Source: Candidatus Eiseniibacteriota bacterium
GTDB lineage: Bacteria > Eisenbacteria > RBG-16-71-46 > CAZAMP01
NCBI GenBank assembly: GCA_965224245.1
Contig: OZ245046.1
Coordinates: forward strand, 5,440,001-5,504,000
DNA: 64,000 nt
Direction: 5' to 3'
Shown piece by piece: positions 62,587 to 64,000 of this stretch; position 1 is the stretch's first letter; each line of letters begins with the position of its first letter. The position numbers and the translations under genes are program-made. The notes beneath the pieces are model-generated. The model saw only the letters and a list, made by a program, of their open reading frames with translations. It did no database searches and had not been told where the DNA came from.

Positions 62587-63792
62587 TCAGTTGACCTGCG
62601 AGACGCGGAGACGATGCACCAACGGGAAGTCGTCGTCATCGTGCGCGACCGCGTAGAGCTGGCCGTCGCGACCGACCGCGAACCGATCGTAGGACGGCAG
62701 CGAGAATCGCCGGACGTACGTCCCGTCGGCGTTCCACTCGTCGGTGACGATCGTATCATCGTCGCCCTGGGACGTGATGACCCAAATCCGGCCGTCGGGC
62801 CACCCGAGGAGGCCGCGCACGTCGGCGGCGTACTCCGGCAGCATCCTCGCGAGATCCTTCATGTCGAACGTCTGCGTCTCGCCGTCGCCGATCTCCACGC
62901 TGGTCTCCTCACCGCCGACGCCCCCGGCACCGGCCGGCGAGCTCTCGACCGTCTTGGTCACGAACACCATCCGGTGGCCGCCGTCCTCGCCCTCGCCCTT
63001 CGGCTTGGGAAGCTCGAGCTTCTGGCGCTCGAACGCGCGAGCGACGCCCGGTCCGAGCTGCCCGGTGTGCGAGAGCGGCACGAGGCAGTACGCGTCCTCG
63101 CCGGCGATCTGGAAGCCGTCGGCCGCCAGCGTGACACGCGGGGCGACCTCCCGCGAGACCTTGAACACCATGCGATCCGTGACGGCCCCTTCCGGCGGAG
63201 CGACACCCGCCTGCCAGAGCGTCTCGCCCCGTGGGTCGAAGAGCTCGGCCACGGCGGGCCGCCCTTCCTCGTGGGTCAGCAGCAGCGAGCCGTCGTCGGT
63301 CAGCAGCATGCCGCCGACCATGCTGCTGAGGATCTGATCGCGCACGAGGCGGCCGTCGGCCCCGAAGATCGACACGCGCTGCTGGCCCATGTCGAAAACC
63401 GCGACCTCACCGGACGCGTTCACGCTGAGCCTGTTCGGGAGCTGGAATTCGCCCGGGCCCTGTCCCTCGGCGCCGATCGTGCGGAGGTGGCCGCCGTCGG
63501 GACCGAACACCTGCACGTGACCGTTGCCGTTGTCGAGGACGTAGATGTTGCCCTCCGCGTCGGCGTCGACGAGCACCGAGCCCAGCTTCTCGTAGAACTG
63601 CGCCGCATCCGGGGCGTCGCCGCCACCGATGGTGAGCGTCTCGTCGATGCTGTATCCCCCCTCGAACAGGGGAGCGTCGACGACGTCTCCGACCGTGAAC
63701 GGATCCACGACGGGGTTTCGGGCCTCTGCGCCGGCCACCGTCAAGGCGACGCCGGCCGCGATCGTGGTGAACGTACGCATGACTGGGGACAT
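62587..63792 (-). CDS. Exported 6-bladed beta-propeller (NHL-repeat) protein
   Basis: Signal peptide; GNIYVLDNGNGHVQVF, IGAEGQGPGEF; AAAGGAG RBS before ATG 63792. Confidence 0.82.
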   Translation of the reverse strand: MSPVMRTFTTIAAGVALTVAGAEARNPVVDPFTVGDVVDAPLFEGGYSIDETLTIGGGDAPDAAQFYEKLGSVLVDADAEGNIYVLDNGNGHVQVFGPDGGHLRTIGAEGQGPGEFQLPNRLSVNASGEVAVFDMGQQRVSIFGADGRLVRDQILSSMVGGMLLTDDGSLLLTHEEGRPAVAELFDPRGETLWQAGVAPPEGAVTDRMVFKVSREVAPRVTLAADGFQIAGEDAYCLVPLSHTGQLGPGVARAFERQKLELPKPKGEGEDGGHRMVFVTKTVESSPAGAGGVGGEETSVEIGDGETQTFDMKDLARMLPEYAADVRGLLGWPDGRIWVITSQGDDDTIVTDEWNADGTYVRRFSLPSYDRFAVGRDGQLYAVAHDDDDFPLVHRLRVSQVN

Positions 63793-64000
63793 TAGATTCT
63801 CCTTTGCGAGCGGGACTACGACGTCGTCGAACGCGACGGCGCCATCGGACGCCGTCGTCGTCGTTGCAACAACACGAACAGGGGCGGAAGACACACGAGC
63901 GTGACGATCGCCGAGGCGATCAGGCCGCCCGTACCCGCCATCGCGAGGGAGCGCCATCCCGCGGTCGCGTTGGGATCGACTCCCCACCCCAGTGGAACCA

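Overview
GC-rich (~70%) bacterial chromosome segment. A PorV/PorQ-like gene and secreted proteins ending in FlgD-Ig-type C-terminal domains suggest an FCB-group or related lineage; this is an inference. The core is a ~14 kb respiratory operon: alternative complex III (actA-B-C-D-E-F), a small membrane protein, sco, and an A2-type caa3 cytochrome c oxidase (coxB-A-C-D plus a second subunit III). ctaB/ctaA lie ~22 kb away. The rest is rich in signalling genes (2 HD-GYP proteins, 3 Ser/Thr kinases, a GAF kinase + REC-PP2C pair, a HAMP kinase + sigma-54 activator pair, an ECF sigma factor), glycosyltransferases and secreted proteases. The best candidate for a new system is the four-gene unit at 37.4-45.1 kb: ECF sigma - membrane kinase with DUF4384-like ectodomain - secreted CTD protein - signal-peptide TPR-CHAT (caspase-like) protease. 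The kinase ectodomain and the protease active-site loop share the motif LRGAG(A/E)IA, which suggests a proteolytic signalling circuit. A recurring ~24-bp IHF-like motif occurs in AT-richer intergenic regions. No rRNA, tRNA, CRISPR array or mobile element was recognised. All family calls come from motif recognition by eye, not database searches.
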